64,000 nt of DNA from Chrysomallon squamiferum (taxonomy: Eukaryota; Animalia; Mollusca), in NCBI GenBank assembly GCA_012295275.1, contig CM022676.1, positions 9,238,001 through 9,302,000 of the forward strand. The letters run 5' to 3'. A program made the translations under genes and the position numbers. This document shows positions 1 through 13,618 of the stretch, piece after piece. The notes under the pieces are model-generated. The model worked only from the letters and a program-made list of their open reading frames with translations. It was not told the origin of the DNA and ran no database searches. Positions within the stretch are counted from its first letter, which is position 1. Each line of letters begins with the position of its first letter.

Positions 1-2638
1 CCGTTGTCATTTGGTAACCGCGAATCACACGGGTTAATTCCTAAACCTCTGGCTATTAAGCGAACAGTGGTTACAGCCAGTCTGGCTTATGACCCAGACA
101 AAACAGAAACTGAATCCAGGACAGGCAAAGAAGTTCACGGTCATGCAAAAACCGACGCAAGAATTGTTATGGTTCATCCATCTCAAAACCAGCTATCCAA
201 AATAATGGAAGAGAAAAGAATCCAGTCGATGGATCAGTCGAAGCCGCAGAGCACCAACCAGCAGAGCATTAAGATAGCTACAGAGATTCTCAGACAGAAG
301 TTTCTGGAGAAACAGAAGTACCAGAACATGGTGAAGCCAGTTAGTGAAATAGCGTCTGCCTCCAACATAGTCCAGCCCTCAATGTTCAACCACAGCAGTT
401 TCCAGACAGCATCCGAAGTGTCAATACAGCAGAATAAAGCAAACATCATTGAGACAGCACTGAGGCAGCTGCAGCAGATTAACCCCGGCTTGGTGAACAC
501 AGCAGCCCAGCAGCTGGGCTATCCTGCTCCAACCCCGCAGATAAATCAGCTCAACGTGTCGTCCTTCCAGTTCGTTCAAAACAACCAGTCGAACGTCTCA
601 TCTTTCCAGCTGACTGGCGTCAGCAACCAGACGAATCTCTCGTCTCTTCAGATAGCCGGTATGGGCAACCAATCAAATGTTTCCTCTCTGCAGATGACCG
701 GAGTGCCCACTCTTCAGGTGTCCAACTTGCCCAAACAGACCAGCACGTCCAGTGTCTCGTCCATCAATCTGGCAGCTCAGTACTCGTCCATCCAGACTCC
801 TCCGGTGGCCCAGAGCGGCCTGCAGAATCCAGGCTTGCTGGTTCCGCAAAACATCACTCACGTCACCGCCACTGACATCATGTACCAGAGACCTGCAGTT
901 GTTGGGCAGCAGCTTCAGCCAGACAGCGCCAACATACTCCGAAACTTCACTGCTCCTTTCCAGCAGCTGTCCAGTACAGTGCCAGCGCAGAACATCATCC
1001 AGCAGATCCCAGGAATGCTGCAGACGCCACCACAGGTTGGCACCATTCAGGCAGCGTCGCCCATGATGCAGACAACACCCTTGCTGCAGTGCACTCCAAA
1101 TCTTTTACAGCCGGCAGCATCGCTCGTTCAGCATCATCATCATCATCAGCAGCAGCAGCAGCACCAGACGATACTGGGACGTCCAGAAGTGATTCAGGCT
1201 CAGCTGCCTCTTCAAAACTCCGGCTCGTTCGGTTTGTCGTCCTCGAATGTTTCCTACATGGGCAGCTTCGTCCTTCCGAAAGTGGAACAGAGAACTCTCT
1301 CCAATGGAGAGATGAATCCGAGCATGATGGGCACCGCGCAGCTGTCCAGTCAGATTTCAGATAATATGATGAACTGTCTTCCAGGAGCATTGATCCAGCA
1401 GCCTGGGGGAGCAGCCAGCGTTCAGAATGTTGGAATGACTTCTACTGGCCGGCCGGTCATAAAAGTGGTGATAGAGAATCAAGAGGGTTCCGAGAATATC
1501 CTGCCACTGCCCGTACAAGATTTTGTGAGGAACATTGCTTCCGGAGAAGGGTCAGCTAATGTCAAGGTCATCTGCAAGACGACAAAGCCATCGGCCGTTT
1601 CGGAGCAAATGGTGTACACGAGCATGTCAGCGTCTTCTTTAATCCAGTCCATTTCCAGAGCGTCTGCTTCACTCGGTTTAGTCTCTTCTCAGTGTTCCTT
1701 TCAGTCATCATCTTCATCATCATCCTCATCATCATCATCATCATCCTCATCAGTAGCGTCTTCACCACCAAGAGTCCTGAAGTATTCTCTCACGCCATCG
1801 TCGCCAAATCTGCGGAAAATCCTCAACAGTAAGATATCGGTTAGTAGCCAGTCCACCATGACTTCGTCCTCCAGTGGTGCCGAAAGTAAGGAGATGATGA
1901 TTTCCAGGATCAACGTCTTGAAGAAACTCCTCAACAAGCCCAACATCCTCAGTCGCAAAAGACAAGCAAATTCAGCAGAAGGATCACCGGCCAACAAGCG
2001 ACAGTCGTTGGGAAACATTCCGAAACCCGTGAGGTACATTGTGAAAAGATCGCTCCATCCAGAACAGGAAAAAGTAGATAACAGAGGTCAGCAGACGCCC
2101 GCTGTTCAAGGTCAACATGTCTCTAACCATGGTCAGGTGATGTCTGATGGCAGAGGTCAAGGTCGGAACGAGAACGAGGCTGGTTTAGGGCACTTAAAAA
2201 CTGTCAGCGAGGAGACTCAGACCTTGCACACGGAGAGGAGAAAAGTCGTTCAGAAGTTTTCCATTCCTGGGTTCCTCGAGGACCTCCTGCTGAAGCAGCA
2301 GTCAAACAGATGGGGAGGAGATGGACAAGGGCTGACCAAACCCGACATAAACCGGGCTCTCCTGGACCTGGCCAAGTCCAGCGTGCCGTCCAGCCCCACC
2401 AGCAGCTCGTCCAGTCAGGTCAACATCATGACGATGCTGCAGAAGAAGATCGCCAGCGGTGCGAAGACGACGGTGTCGGAAGCAGAGAAGGTGAAGCGGA
2501 GGCCGAGGAAAGTGCCGACGTTTCTGGACAAGGCGAAGAAGTCGTCCGACTACACGAAGCTGAAGTTGGGCAAGAAAGTGCGAAGTTCGCGAAGGAAAAG
2601 CCCGCTCAGACTTCGGAACGTGTCCCACTCCCCAGCAG
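1..2638 (+). CDS. KMT2A: KMT2/trx large exon: Q/S-rich low-complexity region containing a TAD-like motif
   Basis: Open frame of about 880 codons. Donor CAG|GTAGGA at 2639 is phase 1 and matches the next exon. Confidence 0.9.
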
Positions 2639-3154
2639 GTAGGAGTTACATTCTTTTATATGTTTTACACATTTTTTAACTTTATTGCAGTTTTATTATA
2701 CGTTTTTAACTTGTTTTATTATACGTTTTTAACTTTATTGCAGTTTTATTTTATTTAATTTTGCAAGGGTAGGAGGTGTTATTTTTTTTTTTTTTGTTTT
2801 TTGTTGTTGTTATGTTTATTTTTTTTTTTTTTTTTTAGAGAGATTAAAAAAGGTTTTTTAATATAATTTACTTAATTTTTTGTTTCAGTTACTGTTATGT
2901 AATCAGGACTTCTTCACTGCTTTATATATTGTGAAATTTTTTTTAATAAATTAGACTGATGTGTCTTATGTTGAATTGAAATTGTACACCCAGGAATTTA
3001 TTTAGAAAGCTGAAGAAAATATTTTTAATAAAATCATAATAAAGTTGTATCTTGTGATGTTGAAATGCTTTATGAATTTATTCTGTTTCTATAATATTTA
3101 GAAATGCTGATGAATTTAAATTATACAGACAGAGCAGTTTTTGTTTTCAAATAT

Positions 3155-3185
<31 letters not shown>

Positions 3186-3947
3186 TAATGTAGACTACAG
3201 TACTGCTTTTACATTTACATTATAATCATTTGTTTCCTTTGACAACTGTTATTTTTAAAAAATATTTTTATTTTTACCATGCAATTTATATCTCAATTCA
3301 ATTCTGTACCAGTCTATAACGTATTATTACTACTACAGCTATACATGACAGATTATCTTATTCAGTAGGGCACATCAGTCATCCTCTTATTCACCACCCA
3401 AACGAGGCTACCTCGCTCCCCCAGCCTGCTATCGAGGAGGAGATTCGGGAAACGCCCATGTTCACATACGAGGAACACAGAAATGGATGGCAGAAGAGAG
3501 AGACGCCAAAAGATGCTCCGCGGCTGGTGTTTGAAATTACGAGTGACGATGGCTTCCACTGTCAGGCAGACACCATGGAAGGTAAAAAAAAAACTGACAG
3601 CGTTTGTGATTATAAACTGAGATTTAATCTGTAATCTTCACAAAACATGGTCTTGTCAGTTACAACATTTGTGATATGACTGATACTTATGGATTTATTG
3701 ATTTATTTACTTGTTTACTTATTATTTATTTTTTTACTTATTTATTTATTTATTTATTTACTTATTTACTTATTTATTTATTTATTTATTTATTATTGGT
3801 TTATTTATTTATTTACTTATTTATTTATTAATTTATTTACTTATTTATTTGTTTACTCACTTAGGCAGTTATCTATTTACTTACTTACTTACTTATTTAC
3901 TTATTTATTTGTTTACTCACTTAGGCAGTTATTTATTTATTTGCTTA

Positions 3948-3978
<31 letters not shown>

Positions 3979-5638
3979 CTTACTTACTTACTTACTTATT
4001 TACTTACTTATTTACTTATTTACTTACTTACTTATCTATTTGTTTACTCAGATGCGTGGAAGGAGGTGTTGAACAAAACCCAGGACTCTCGCGCCGCTGC
4101 GAGGATGAAGTCTCTTTCCTACAACGGCATCCGTGGCCGCTCCATGTTTGGCATCGACCACCACGCTGTCATCTACATACTGGAACAGCTGTACGGCGCA
4201 CGTCACTGCCACAACTACCGCTTCAGATATCACAAACACACCAAGGTCGCCAGAGAAGAGGTGAGCTGTTTAAAAAACATTCACAGTAAAAATTACATTC
4301 TGCAGATAATAAAGTTGAGAGGAGTTTAGTAGAATTTTTTTTAATTTTTTTTTTAAGCTGGACACATTTTTATTAAATTATATCTTGTAAACAATTTGGT
4401 GAAAATAGATTAGTTGTTTAAGCGTTTATGTTGAATTATAAACTTTAAATAATAAAGTTATGAAGATGATAGTTGAATTTTTTTTTTAACTCAATGCATT
4501 TATATTAAATTATATTTTGTAAATAATTAACTGCTGAAGCAGTTTTATTAAGTTATGGTAACGTAAATAAATAAGTGATATAGATGAATTGCATAAAAAT
4601 TTATATTGTAAATCATAAAGTTTAAAATCTGACACATTTATATTACGTTATGTAATGTATATAATTTGGTGAGAAGGAAATTCTTGTTGAAGTAATATCG
4701 CTAAGTTATAATTTCGTTATTCTTTTTATTTTAAATATCATTGTTTTCACAAGTTCACAGTACAGTCAGGTCTACATTTACAATACTCATATATTTATAT
4801 ATGTACCTGTTTTCATTTTTAAATTTAATTTAATGATTTTGTTCAGGAACCACCACTCAATCCATCTGGCTGTATCCGCACTGAACCATTCACCAGTCGT
4901 AAAGAGTTCGACATGTTCAGTTTTCTCATGTCCCAGTATCGACAGAGACCCAAGTTTGACACCAAACAGGACCAGACAGAAATGACACACAAATCAGCCA
5001 GGTATCTTTAACTTACTGCTTCGTTAAATGCAGGTATTTTAATTAAATTTAGAAATTACATAGACAAACATGCACTTACACATGCACGCACACTCTCACA
5101 CACTCAAACACACATGTGTACATACACACAGAGAGAGAGAGAGAGAGAGCAGGTATTGTTAATTCATTATTTTTGTTAAATATGTGTCTTTCTATCGGAA
5201 ATCAAAGTATGTATAGATACATTAACTGCTTTGTTTAATATCAGTTTTTACATAGATACTTATGCCCTCACACACACACACACCCAAACACAGAGTTTGA
5301 GAGAGAGAGAGAAAGAGATGTTCTTGATTTAAAACAGAAGCTCCAACATAAGTTTTAGTGACCATAACCATCTCAGAGATAAAGAGATTAATATTAGAAA
5401 CAGAATTTCAGGTAGTAGTATTAGAGATTGTTTATTTTATTGCTGAGGATTTTAAAAATGTTATATATATATTTTGTTTGTTTTTGTTTCAGACGAACAA
5501 CAAGTCTTGAACTTCCAATGGCAATGAGATTCCGAAAACTACAGGAACATGCCAAAGAAGCTGTTGGAGCTTATAGGTATGTCTGTGTGTCTGTCTGTGT
5601 AGGGGTATTTTGGGTTTTGTTTTTATGATTTCTACCTA

Positions 5639-5727
<89 letters not shown>

Positions 5728-7020
5728 GTCTTAGGTTCAGACACATGTATTTGTGTGTGTGTGTGTGTGTGTGTTTCTCTGAAGGTGTACATATTTTTAG
5801 TTCAGTGTATAGTTAAATAGCCTAGTATGAGAAAGATTCGTGTATCTGATCTGAGAACGGGAATGCACAGAAAGAGAAATTGTACGAATGAATTTTAATC
5901 ATAGAAAGAGAAAACATCAAATTGAATGTTAATGAGAATGTGTCTAGATAACTAAAAAAGATGTTCAAAATCTTCAACTATTTCTATGAGCATATTAAAT
6001 TATAAAAACAAATTCATGAAATGTCCTACAAATCAGAGACACAAAAAACTGTAAATAATTTTACATTTCTCAGATCAAACATACATGGACGAGGTTTGTT
6101 CTGCAAGCGAAACATCGATGCTGGTGAAATGGTGATAGAGTATGCAGGGGAGGTAATCCGAGCCTCACTTACCGACAAGAGAGAGAAATATTATGAGAGC
6201 AAGGTATTTTAATACTAATAATAATTAAATTTAAATTAATATTTAAAACAAATATTCTCTTACTGTGACTGTTTAGACGTAGATATCACCCCTTTGTATC
6301 GTTATGTCATTTTGTAGATGCAGTTGTATTCAGAAATAACCTAATTAAGAGCACGTTATTGCAGTCTGTAGGATTATGCTCAGTCTTTCAGGCGTTTTTG
6401 ACACTTCCGTGTGCAAAATGGATGTAATTAAAAAGAATAAATCTGTAATGGCTTGAGTAGTTAAGAACAAATCTGCTGTTTGATGATAGGTTCGAGTAAT
6501 TTATTATTTATATTCCTTCAATTTGATCCACCTTAAGCAATTAAATACAGTGAATCTTCTCAAAATGAAGAGTGTACCAAAGTGCAAAGTTTGGTTTAGA
6601 AAAGTTTTTTCATTTAGTGAGATTTTTTTATATATATATCTGAGAATGTGAGAAGTGAAAGTTAAACACAGGGAAATTCAGATTTTTGGAAATTCTAGTT
6701 TAAAGTGATTTTTTTTTTTTTTTTTTAGACTTTTTTTTAATTTAATTTTTTAGACTTTTTTTTTATTGAGTATTTTTATTCTGTTCACATTTTACCTCAA
6801 ATTCCAGATATTTCTGTGGTGGTTTAATTCCACTGGATTGTTTTTTTTTTCCAGTGTGTAATAATAATAATGCTGTCTTACTTTAGGGTATTGGATGTTA
6901 CATGTTCAGAATTGACGACTTCGATGTTGTGGATGCTACAATGCATGGCAGTGCAGCCCGATTTATAAACCACTCTTGTGAGGTGAGCATTTTACATGTG
7001 CATGCATGCACACATGAATT

Positions 7021-7052
<32 letters not shown>

Positions 7053-7812
7053 CACAAGAATATATACACACGTTTGTACACACACACACACAGACAAGAA
7101 TATATAGACATTTGTACACGCACAGACAAGAATATATACACACATTTGTACGCACACAGAGAGAGAGAAGAATATATACACACATTTGTACACACACAGA
7201 GAGAGACAAGAATATATACACACATTTGTACACACACATACACAGACACACAGATTCATACATGTATAAAACATAAATGAGGTCATGAATTAAACATTTT
7301 TTTTTAAATTATTTTTCTTTCAAGCCAAACTGTTACTCCAAAGTGATCAACGTTGATGGAAGAAAGCACATTGTTATCTTCGCAATGAGGCAGTGAGTTC
7401 ATTAATTATAATAGTTTATTTTTTAAATTGAAGATTTATGTCCAAAGAGATACTTTATTTATATAAAAAAAAAAAACATTTCTATGACGTTTAGCAAAAT
7501 AGAGAGAAACTGAGACAAAAACGGTTGCATATTAATGATTAAGTTTATTTAATATTAAAGATATTGTTCTGAATTACAGTTTATCCAGAGACAGATAATA
7601 TTAAATTAATTGTGAGTGAAAAATGTATTTAATGTGCATACATTTTTTTATTTTTTTTAAAATAATATTAGTCCAGAAATTTTTTTAAATGATTTTTGTA
7701 ACTTTCTACACTTTTGGACGTGACTTTGGGGGTTATGTTATTAGTATTAATTTTAATAAGTGTGTTTGTGTGTGTGTGTGAGGTGTGTGTGTGTGTGTGT
7801 GTCTGTGTGTGT

Positions 7813-7851
<39 letters not shown>

Positions 7852-8013
7852 TGTCTGTGTTAGAGTGTTTTTGATAAAAAGTAAAAATACAAAACATTTT
7901 GTTTCAGAATACTGCAAGGAGAGGAACTCACCTATGACTACAAATTTCCCATCGAAGAAGTTAAAATACCCTGCACATGTAAATCTCTGCGATGTAGACG
8001 ATACCTGAATTAA
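1..8013 (+). CDS. KMT2A: Histone H3K4 methyltransferase, trithorax/KMT2A-B (MLL1/2) family; 3' part, 5' end outside the window
   Basis: Phase-consistent GT-AG exons: <1..2638, 3366..3581, 4052..4260, 4847..5001, 5493..5576, 6074..6203, 6887..6982, 7325..7392, 7908..8013. The translation gives FYRC ([11 protein letters not shown]...DAW...[14 protein letters not shown]), a Win region (NPSGCIRTE), SET (SNIHGRGLF...[12 protein letters not shown]...[12 protein letters not shown]...GEELTYDY) and post-SET ([13 protein letters not shown]). In an invertebrate this would be the single trx co-orthologue of KMT2A and KMT2B. Confidence 0.96.
3366..3581 (+). CDS. KMT2A: KMT2/trx exon, start of FYRC domain
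   Basis: Acceptor TTCAG|TAG|GG is a NAGNAG (3366 or 3369). Encodes ...[21 protein letters not shown]. Donor GTAAAA at 3582. Confidence 0.92.
3700..4045. repeat. (TTTA)n/(TTAC)n compound microsatellite, intronic
   Basis: Directly visible tetranucleotide array. Confidence 0.9.
4052..4260 (+). CDS. KMT2A: KMT2/trx exon, FYRC domain
   Basis: Encodes [62 protein letters not shown]. Canonical AG and GTGAG boundaries. Confidence 0.95.
4847..5001 (+). CDS. KMT2A: KMT2/trx exon with WDR5-interaction (Win) region
   Basis: Encodes [35 protein letters not shown]...KSAR. Canonical splice sites. Confidence 0.95.
5493..5576 (+). CDS. KMT2A: KMT2/trx exon, pre-SET (N-flanking)
   Basis: Encodes [28 protein letters not shown]. 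Confidence 0.95.
6074..6203 (+). CDS. KMT2A: KMT2/trx SET domain exon
   Basis: Encodes [43 protein letters not shown]. Confidence 0.97.
6887..6982 (+). CDS. KMT2A: KMT2/trx SET domain exon
   Basis: Encodes [32 protein letters not shown]. Confidence 0.97.
7020..7250. repeat. CA-rich minisatellite with core CAAGAATATATACACACATTTGTAC, about 36 bp period
   Basis: About 5 degenerate copies in a SET-domain intron. Confidence 0.85.
7325..7392 (+). CDS. KMT2A: KMT2/trx SET domain exon
   Basis: Encodes [22 protein letters not shown]. Acceptor CAAG, donor GTGAGT. Confidence 0.95.
7908..8013 (+). CDS. KMT2A: KMT2/trx last coding exon, SET C-terminus and post-SET
   Basis: Encodes [35 protein letters not shown], stop TAA at 8011-8013. 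Confidence 0.97.
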
Positions 8014-8029
8014 AACAAACTGAAAACAG

Positions 8030-8520
8030 TCGTTAAAAACATCTACAGAAAGAAAACAGTTAAAAAACATCTACAGATAGAAAACAGTTAAAAACATCTA
8101 CAGAAAGAAAACAGTTAAAAACATCTACAGAAAGAAAACAGTTAAAAATCTACAGAAAGAAAACAGATAAAAATATCTACAGAAAGAAAACAGTTAAAAA
8201 CATCTACAGAAAGAAAACAGATAAAAACATCTACAGAAAGAAAACAGTTAAAAACATCTACAGAAAGAAAACAGTTAAAAATCTACAGAAAGAAAACAGA
8301 TAAAACATCTACAGAAAGAAAACAGTTAAAAACATCTACAGAAAGAAAACAGTTAAAAACATCTAGAGAAAGAAAACAGTTAAAAACATCTACAGAAAGA
8401 AAACAGTTAAAAAACATCTACAGAAAGAAAACAGTTAAAAACATCTACAGAGAGAAAACAGTTAAAAAACATCTACAGACAGAAAACATGTTAAAAAACA
8501 TCTACAGAATGAAAACAATT
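8030..8520. repeat. ~27-bp minisatellite (GTTAAAAACATCTACAGAAAGAAAACA)n immediately after the KMT2 stop
   Basis: About 17-18 near-identical tandem copies that differ mainly in A-run length. Confidence 0.95.
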
Positions 8521-10962
8521 ACAAAAAATACTAATGAAAGTATCAGAGACATTTGAACTGAAAGAATTTGAGAAATAATTGTGAAAAAGACAATTCAAAT
8601 TTTTTTAAAATACAGTTAAAGGCAGTAAGAATGCATGTTGATATGAACTGAAATATTCCTAAAAACAGGCTTAAAGAACTGAAAAAATGTATATTTATTT
8701 AAGTATTTAAAAACAACATTTGAGGAAAATTAAAGTGAATGACATCTGAAGAGAAATGTTTTTAAAACGTATAAAAAAAAAAACTGAAAAAGAAAAAGGG
8801 AACATTTCAAAAACTTCAGAACTCTTATATCTCCTTGAAAAAGAAAAACAAGATTTAAAAATGAGCAGTTTCAAGATGAAAAGGAATTAGTCTCAAAGTT
8901 TCACTGTTAAAAATCATTCAGTGATTGAACCAGATCTCAAGAATATACTAAAAATGACTAGAAAGAATTAAAAACGTGTCTAGAATTATTTATTAATAGA
9001 TTAAGAAGAAAGACATTTGAGAAAGAATTGTTAGTTTTTAGTAAATAGTTTTAAAAATTTGATGGAGAATTTGAAAAAAAAAAACAATGAATGAAGAGAT
9101 AAATCATTTTCTTATTTTTATTACATACATGTAAACCACAGATGAGAAAAAAAACAAAACAAATAAAGACAATAAAAATATGTAAATTATTTTTAAACCA
9201 AATTAGGCAGCAAATATGGTGTGGTTTTTTTTTTTCTCATTTTTCTTTTAAATTTCTGAATCAAAAATTAGAGAACAGAATTTTGCATAATTGTTTACGG
9301 AATTGTTTTCAAAGTATTATCTAAAATTAAAAAATGCATATAATTTGTTTTTGATATCTTCTTTGCTCCCTGTTAATTAATGATTAGTAGATTAGTGATA
9401 GATTAGTGGCATATTATTTTTACTTTAGTACTGAACATTTGTGTGTGTATTTACTTTTTACGTGCAGTGACAGAAATTCACAAAACGTCTTGATTATTAT
9501 TTATTAAAATTTAATTGGTATTACTGTTTATTGTTGCTGCTGTTATGATTCAAGAACCAAAATTAATATTTTCCTCAAATTATATAATTAAATTTCATTT
9601 GAGATTTTTTTTTTTATTACTACTGCTGTTTCATTATTTATTTGTTATTGTTATTTTTTATTATTACTTTTATTGTTTATGGTATAACAACAACCAGTGT
9701 TAGCATTTCGACAATTCATGTAACTAAATTTTGTTTGAGATTTCTTTTGTTATTGATGTTGTATTTTTATTTATTTTATGATTTTTATAGGCATTATTAT
9801 TTTTTTTTTTTTTTTTTATTGTTTATTATACAATAATAGCCAATATTAATATTTCTACAATTTTTATAACTAAATTTACTTAGTAATTTTTCTTATTTAT
9901 TTTATTCTTCTTATTATTATTATTATTATTATTACTATCTTAATCATTAATTGTTATTTTTATGATTTATAACAATAACCATTATTAATATCTCCACAAA
10001 TCATATAACTTTAAATTCCATTTATTATTGTTTCTCACTATAATTTAAAACGATTTTGAATCATGACCTGATTTTGGAGTCTATAAAAGATTAAAGTGAT
10101 CATAAAAATCTTTATTTAACCTTAAATGTATGCATGGAGTTGAGAACAAATTATTTTTTCATACATAATATTGCAAGTGAACAATTTCACTTGTTTGCTG
10201 AACCACAATCTTTACTAACAGTAAAGCATGACAACATGATTTCATTACTGAGGTCACATGAAGGCTACTATTATACCACATTATTTCATTATTAATAAAT
10301 TATTAATGATTTTTATTTTTATATTTTTTAATATTTTTTTAAAGTTCAGAATACTGCGAACAATAAGGGTTAATTAAGTGAATTAAATTTACTATATGCA
10401 AATGGAAATATTTTTGAATAAGAAACAACTTTGGTACAAATCATGTATCTTGTTACTTTGTAATCATACTTGATTATTAGCAAAGATTTGAAGTGAAATT
10501 TTTTTTTTTTTTTAAATATCTTTTAAAAGCATAAATGATGTATTTATTATTCAAACCGTCATGATACATTCTAGAAAGTGCCTTTCAGTGTTTTGTTTTG
10601 TTTTTTTAACTTGAATATTATTTACAAAATTTTGTCATAATATTTGAATCTTTTTGATTATTCAACCATTTGTAATTATAACTTTAATTATATTAGTTAT
10701 ATCAGTGATTAATATCTGTTTTTCAATATATATATATATATATTTTTTTTTTTTTTAAATAAAAGGGGAAATTTTTCTGCAGTAATTTACTACTATCATT
10801 ATTATTTTCCTTGATTATAAATCTGATGTTTTGTTTAAATATTTAAATTTAGTAATTATGAAAAAAAAAGAAAACAGTGTTTTTGATAATTATTATAACT
10901 GTTTTGTTTCATAATTTCTCTTTTTCTTTTTTTTGCTTTATTGATTTATTTATTTTATTTTA

Positions 10963-11031
<69 letters not shown>

Positions 11032-11636
11032 GTTAAACAGCATAATTCCCCAGAAAACAAATATTCATTTTAAGTAGTAATTTTATTTTGAGAGTTCTGA
11101 GTGATTTTCTTTGCCTATTTTTAATTTTATTTAATTTTATTTTTATTTTTACTTGGGATGGGTGGGTTGTTTTGTGGGAAACAAAATTTCTTTATTATTA
11201 TTTATTAAAAAAAAAAAAAAAAAATTTGGGGGGAGGGTTGGGGGGCCTCTGATGTATCAGATGCCTTGGTATGTACTGTCCTGTCACAGCAAAATGAATG
11301 GGAAATATCATTACTCGTGTTTTGTATGAATAACCCAGAGCATTCACTCGTGTTGTCACTAATAATTACCACACAACTAATTCTTGATAACAGAATTTAA
11401 AAATAGTTTTGTCTTCTTCTTAAACATCAGGTTATTAATTTCATAGTAAATCTGGAGAAGGGCATTAACCATATTTTTTTATTTTTGTTGTTGTTTTTTT
11501 ACAGAGAGATATTTTTAGATTCTTAATTCATAAATTTAAATACATCTATTTAATCACTTCAGTAATTTAATTCAGTTTTTTACAATAATACTAACCTTCA
11601 TTTGTGTGTATTGTTTTACAAATCCAATAATCAGAA

Positions 11637-11668
<32 letters not shown>

Positions 11669-12038
11669 TTTAAGAAAACGAACCAACCTTGTATGCAAAA
11701 TATTTGTGTTAATTTGGTATGAATCAGTATTTTTAACAAATCCTAAGCTGAAGATACTAATTCTTTCTTTTTTCACCTTTAATATTATTATTATTTCAAG
11801 CAAGAAGGTCACATTGTTGTTTTTGTTCTTTTTCATTCTCATAATTACAGATCAAGAATTACTTGTTAATGTTTTCTACAAAAGACCAAAATAATTTGAG
11901 TCTTTTTTTTTTTTTTTGTATTGATTGTGCATCTAGGATTTAAATAAGAATTATTATTTAAAATTTTTCTTTTTTACAAATAATGTTATTTATCTTCACG
12001 AAAGCAAGAAAAAGTGCCTTTTCCATTTTAAGACTGGT

Positions 12039-12534
12039 TGTAAATAAATATCATGTTTTGTCATTTTTATTTCACCAGTATCAGGATTGTGTCAACAAGT
12101 CAACAAAACACAATAATGTAAAAAAAAAAAAAAAAAAATGTAAATTTGTTTTTAATCTCTTTTTTTTTTTTTTTTTTTAGCATTTTGTAAATAGATGTAA
12201 ATTTGTATGCCTTTTATTCCTACAGTTTATGTAAATTTTATCAATGTCGATATCATTTTTGTTGAAATTTGTAACATTTTGTTTGCCCTTTTCATACAAA
12301 TGTAAATAAATTTCGTTAACAAATTTTTTCCTAAATTGTTGGTTCATTATTAATTTTCCGAATTAATATATTTAAAAAAATATTTATAGCATTGTTTCTT
12401 CATATCATCTCTTATTATTGTTATGTAGTGTATATATACATTGTACTTTCTTTTTTTTCTTTTTTTTTTTTGTGAGTCTGTATTTTGAATGGGATATATT
12501 TCAAAGTCTGAAGGTTGTTTAAAGACTGAATAAA
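12039..12534 (+). promoter_or_regulatory. Putative distal KMT2 3'UTR: Pumilio elements and poly(A) signal
   Basis: TGTAHATA at 12039, 12186, 12301 and 12429, followed by AATAAA at 12529. Confidence 0.4.
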
Positions 12535-13585
12535 AACCTATTCCACTGTAGATATATATATATATTTAATAAGCAAAATAGCACCATGTTTACACACACA
12601 CAAATATACATAAGCAGTGTTATTTCCCGTTCCAACCAGCTCTCTTAATTTTGTTTTTTTAAAGACCATAGCATGTAATTTCCTGAATGTGAGAAACTGA
12701 AAAGAGCTTTGAACACAGTAATACCATGAACAGAGATTTGACACAAATACCATAAATACAGTAATGCCATGATAATGGTTTTTGAAACAAATAACATAAC
12801 TATGTCTTGCCAAAGTAACACCATGATTAGGACTTTGTCACAAATACCACAAGAGAGCAAAATAATTTTAAAAATAATGTTTAAAAAAAAAATAATAATT
12901 TAAAATTCAAAAGAATTAAAAACCACAACTTTCCTATAATTGTGTGTGAACTTTATAATGTTGTCTTTTTTTGTTTGTTGTTGTTGTTTTAAATTGGTTT
13001 TGTATTTAGAATTCAGTATGATCTCCCATATTCCAAAATAAAAATCATGGTTTGAAAATCCTGATATATCGTGACAGAAAATCCAGAAAACTAATAACTG
13101 AACCTCCATTTTGTTTTCTGTTGGCTGTTTTGGTTGAATGACTCTGGATTATATTTTCACTTATCAAAGAGTTTGGTACGTGCTGCACTGTCCATAACAA
13201 GCGGTGTGTATATAAAAAGACACTTGCTGTTGAAAAAGCATAACTTCACATGACAGCAAGCTTTCTTTTTTTTCATTTTCTCTCTGGTCCTTAACCCCAC
13301 ACATAAAATCAAAGACACATTAAAACCCTGCTTTATTCATTTTCTTCGAATATTCATTCATTGGTTTTCAAAATAAAACAAAGTCTGGTTGTACTAAAAT
13401 ATATATTTATTTATGTGGCCATATAACTTTGGCAGCAGTATTTTTTTTTTTAAAGAAAAAAAAAAAGTGTTTATGTACAAAAATGAAAACATAACGGAAT
13501 AAAGGAGAAATAATTAAGTACATCGTTTTCAGAATTCTTCTAGAAATGGAGATTTCGTGAAAATTACAAACTCTTATTATTTTTC

Positions 13586-13618
<33 letters not shown>

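Noticed and set aside
1-2638. Apparent absence of Taspase-1 cleavage sites (QxD/G) in KMT2
   Set aside because: In MLL1 these sites lie upstream of the TAD, so they may be 5' of the window. Absence cannot be claimed.
3689-4289. ORFs rich in YLFI/YLLT that look like membrane proteins
   Set aside because: They are translations of (TTTA/TTAC)n. Only 4052-4260 is a real exon.
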